A model generated the notes under the pieces. That model searched no databases. It saw nothing but the letters and a program-made list of their open reading frames with translations, and had not been told where the DNA came from. Of a stretch of DNA of 64,000 nucleotides, positions 63,836-64,000 are shown one piece after another; within the stretch, counting starts at the first letter, position 1; every line of letters begins with the position of its first letter. The position numbers and the translations under genes are program-made. This DNA comes from Malacoraja senta. Its lineage: Eukaryota. The DNA lies in assembly GCA_038087875.1 (NCBI GenBank), contig CM075988.1:19656001-19720000 (forward strand), in the 5' to 3' direction.

Positions 63836-64000
63836 CCAGAGAAACACATTCAGAGAGAGGTCTTTCCAGAGAGATACAGCACCCTTTGGCCCAACTTATC
63901 CATGCCGACCAAGATGCCCCATCTAAGCTAGTCCCATTTGCCCCGTATCCCTCGAAGCTCAAGGGAGTGAAAGGCCCCTCACTGTGCTGTTACAACTCAA

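Overview
Repeat-dense, largely non-coding vertebrate DNA. The repeat content (HE1-like V-SINEs with CR1-type tails, CR1, Rex1/Babar-like and Penelope-like fragments, a Deu-domain SINE remnant) points to a cartilaginous fish, probably a skate or ray (inference). No intact gene is identifiable, and nearly all ORF-track entries are repeat-derived or spurious. About 13.4 kb (34335-47717) recurs, apparently identically, at 47918-61300 across a 200-N gap; this is most likely an unmerged contig overlap, and every feature in 34335-47717 has a copy at +13583. The most interesting signals are: (1) Penelope-derived terminal repeats carrying minimal hammerhead-ribozyme-like cores, including a TSD-flanked, retrozyme-like cassette with two identical copies exactly 300 bp apart (21664-22061) and many fold-back pairs; (2) a candidate minus-strand spliced gene end with a transmembrane-like exon and two diverged duplicated exons bearing ITIM-like LxYxxL motifs (60274-63400); (3) a six-unit array of RFX X-box-like motifs (20756-20898); (4) a phase-compatible plus-strand chain of small terminal exons (167-5264). 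There are also well-delimited young insertions: a Helitron, a Harbinger-like MITE and a solo LTR. Family names come from motif recall, not database searches, and many repeat boundaries are approximate.
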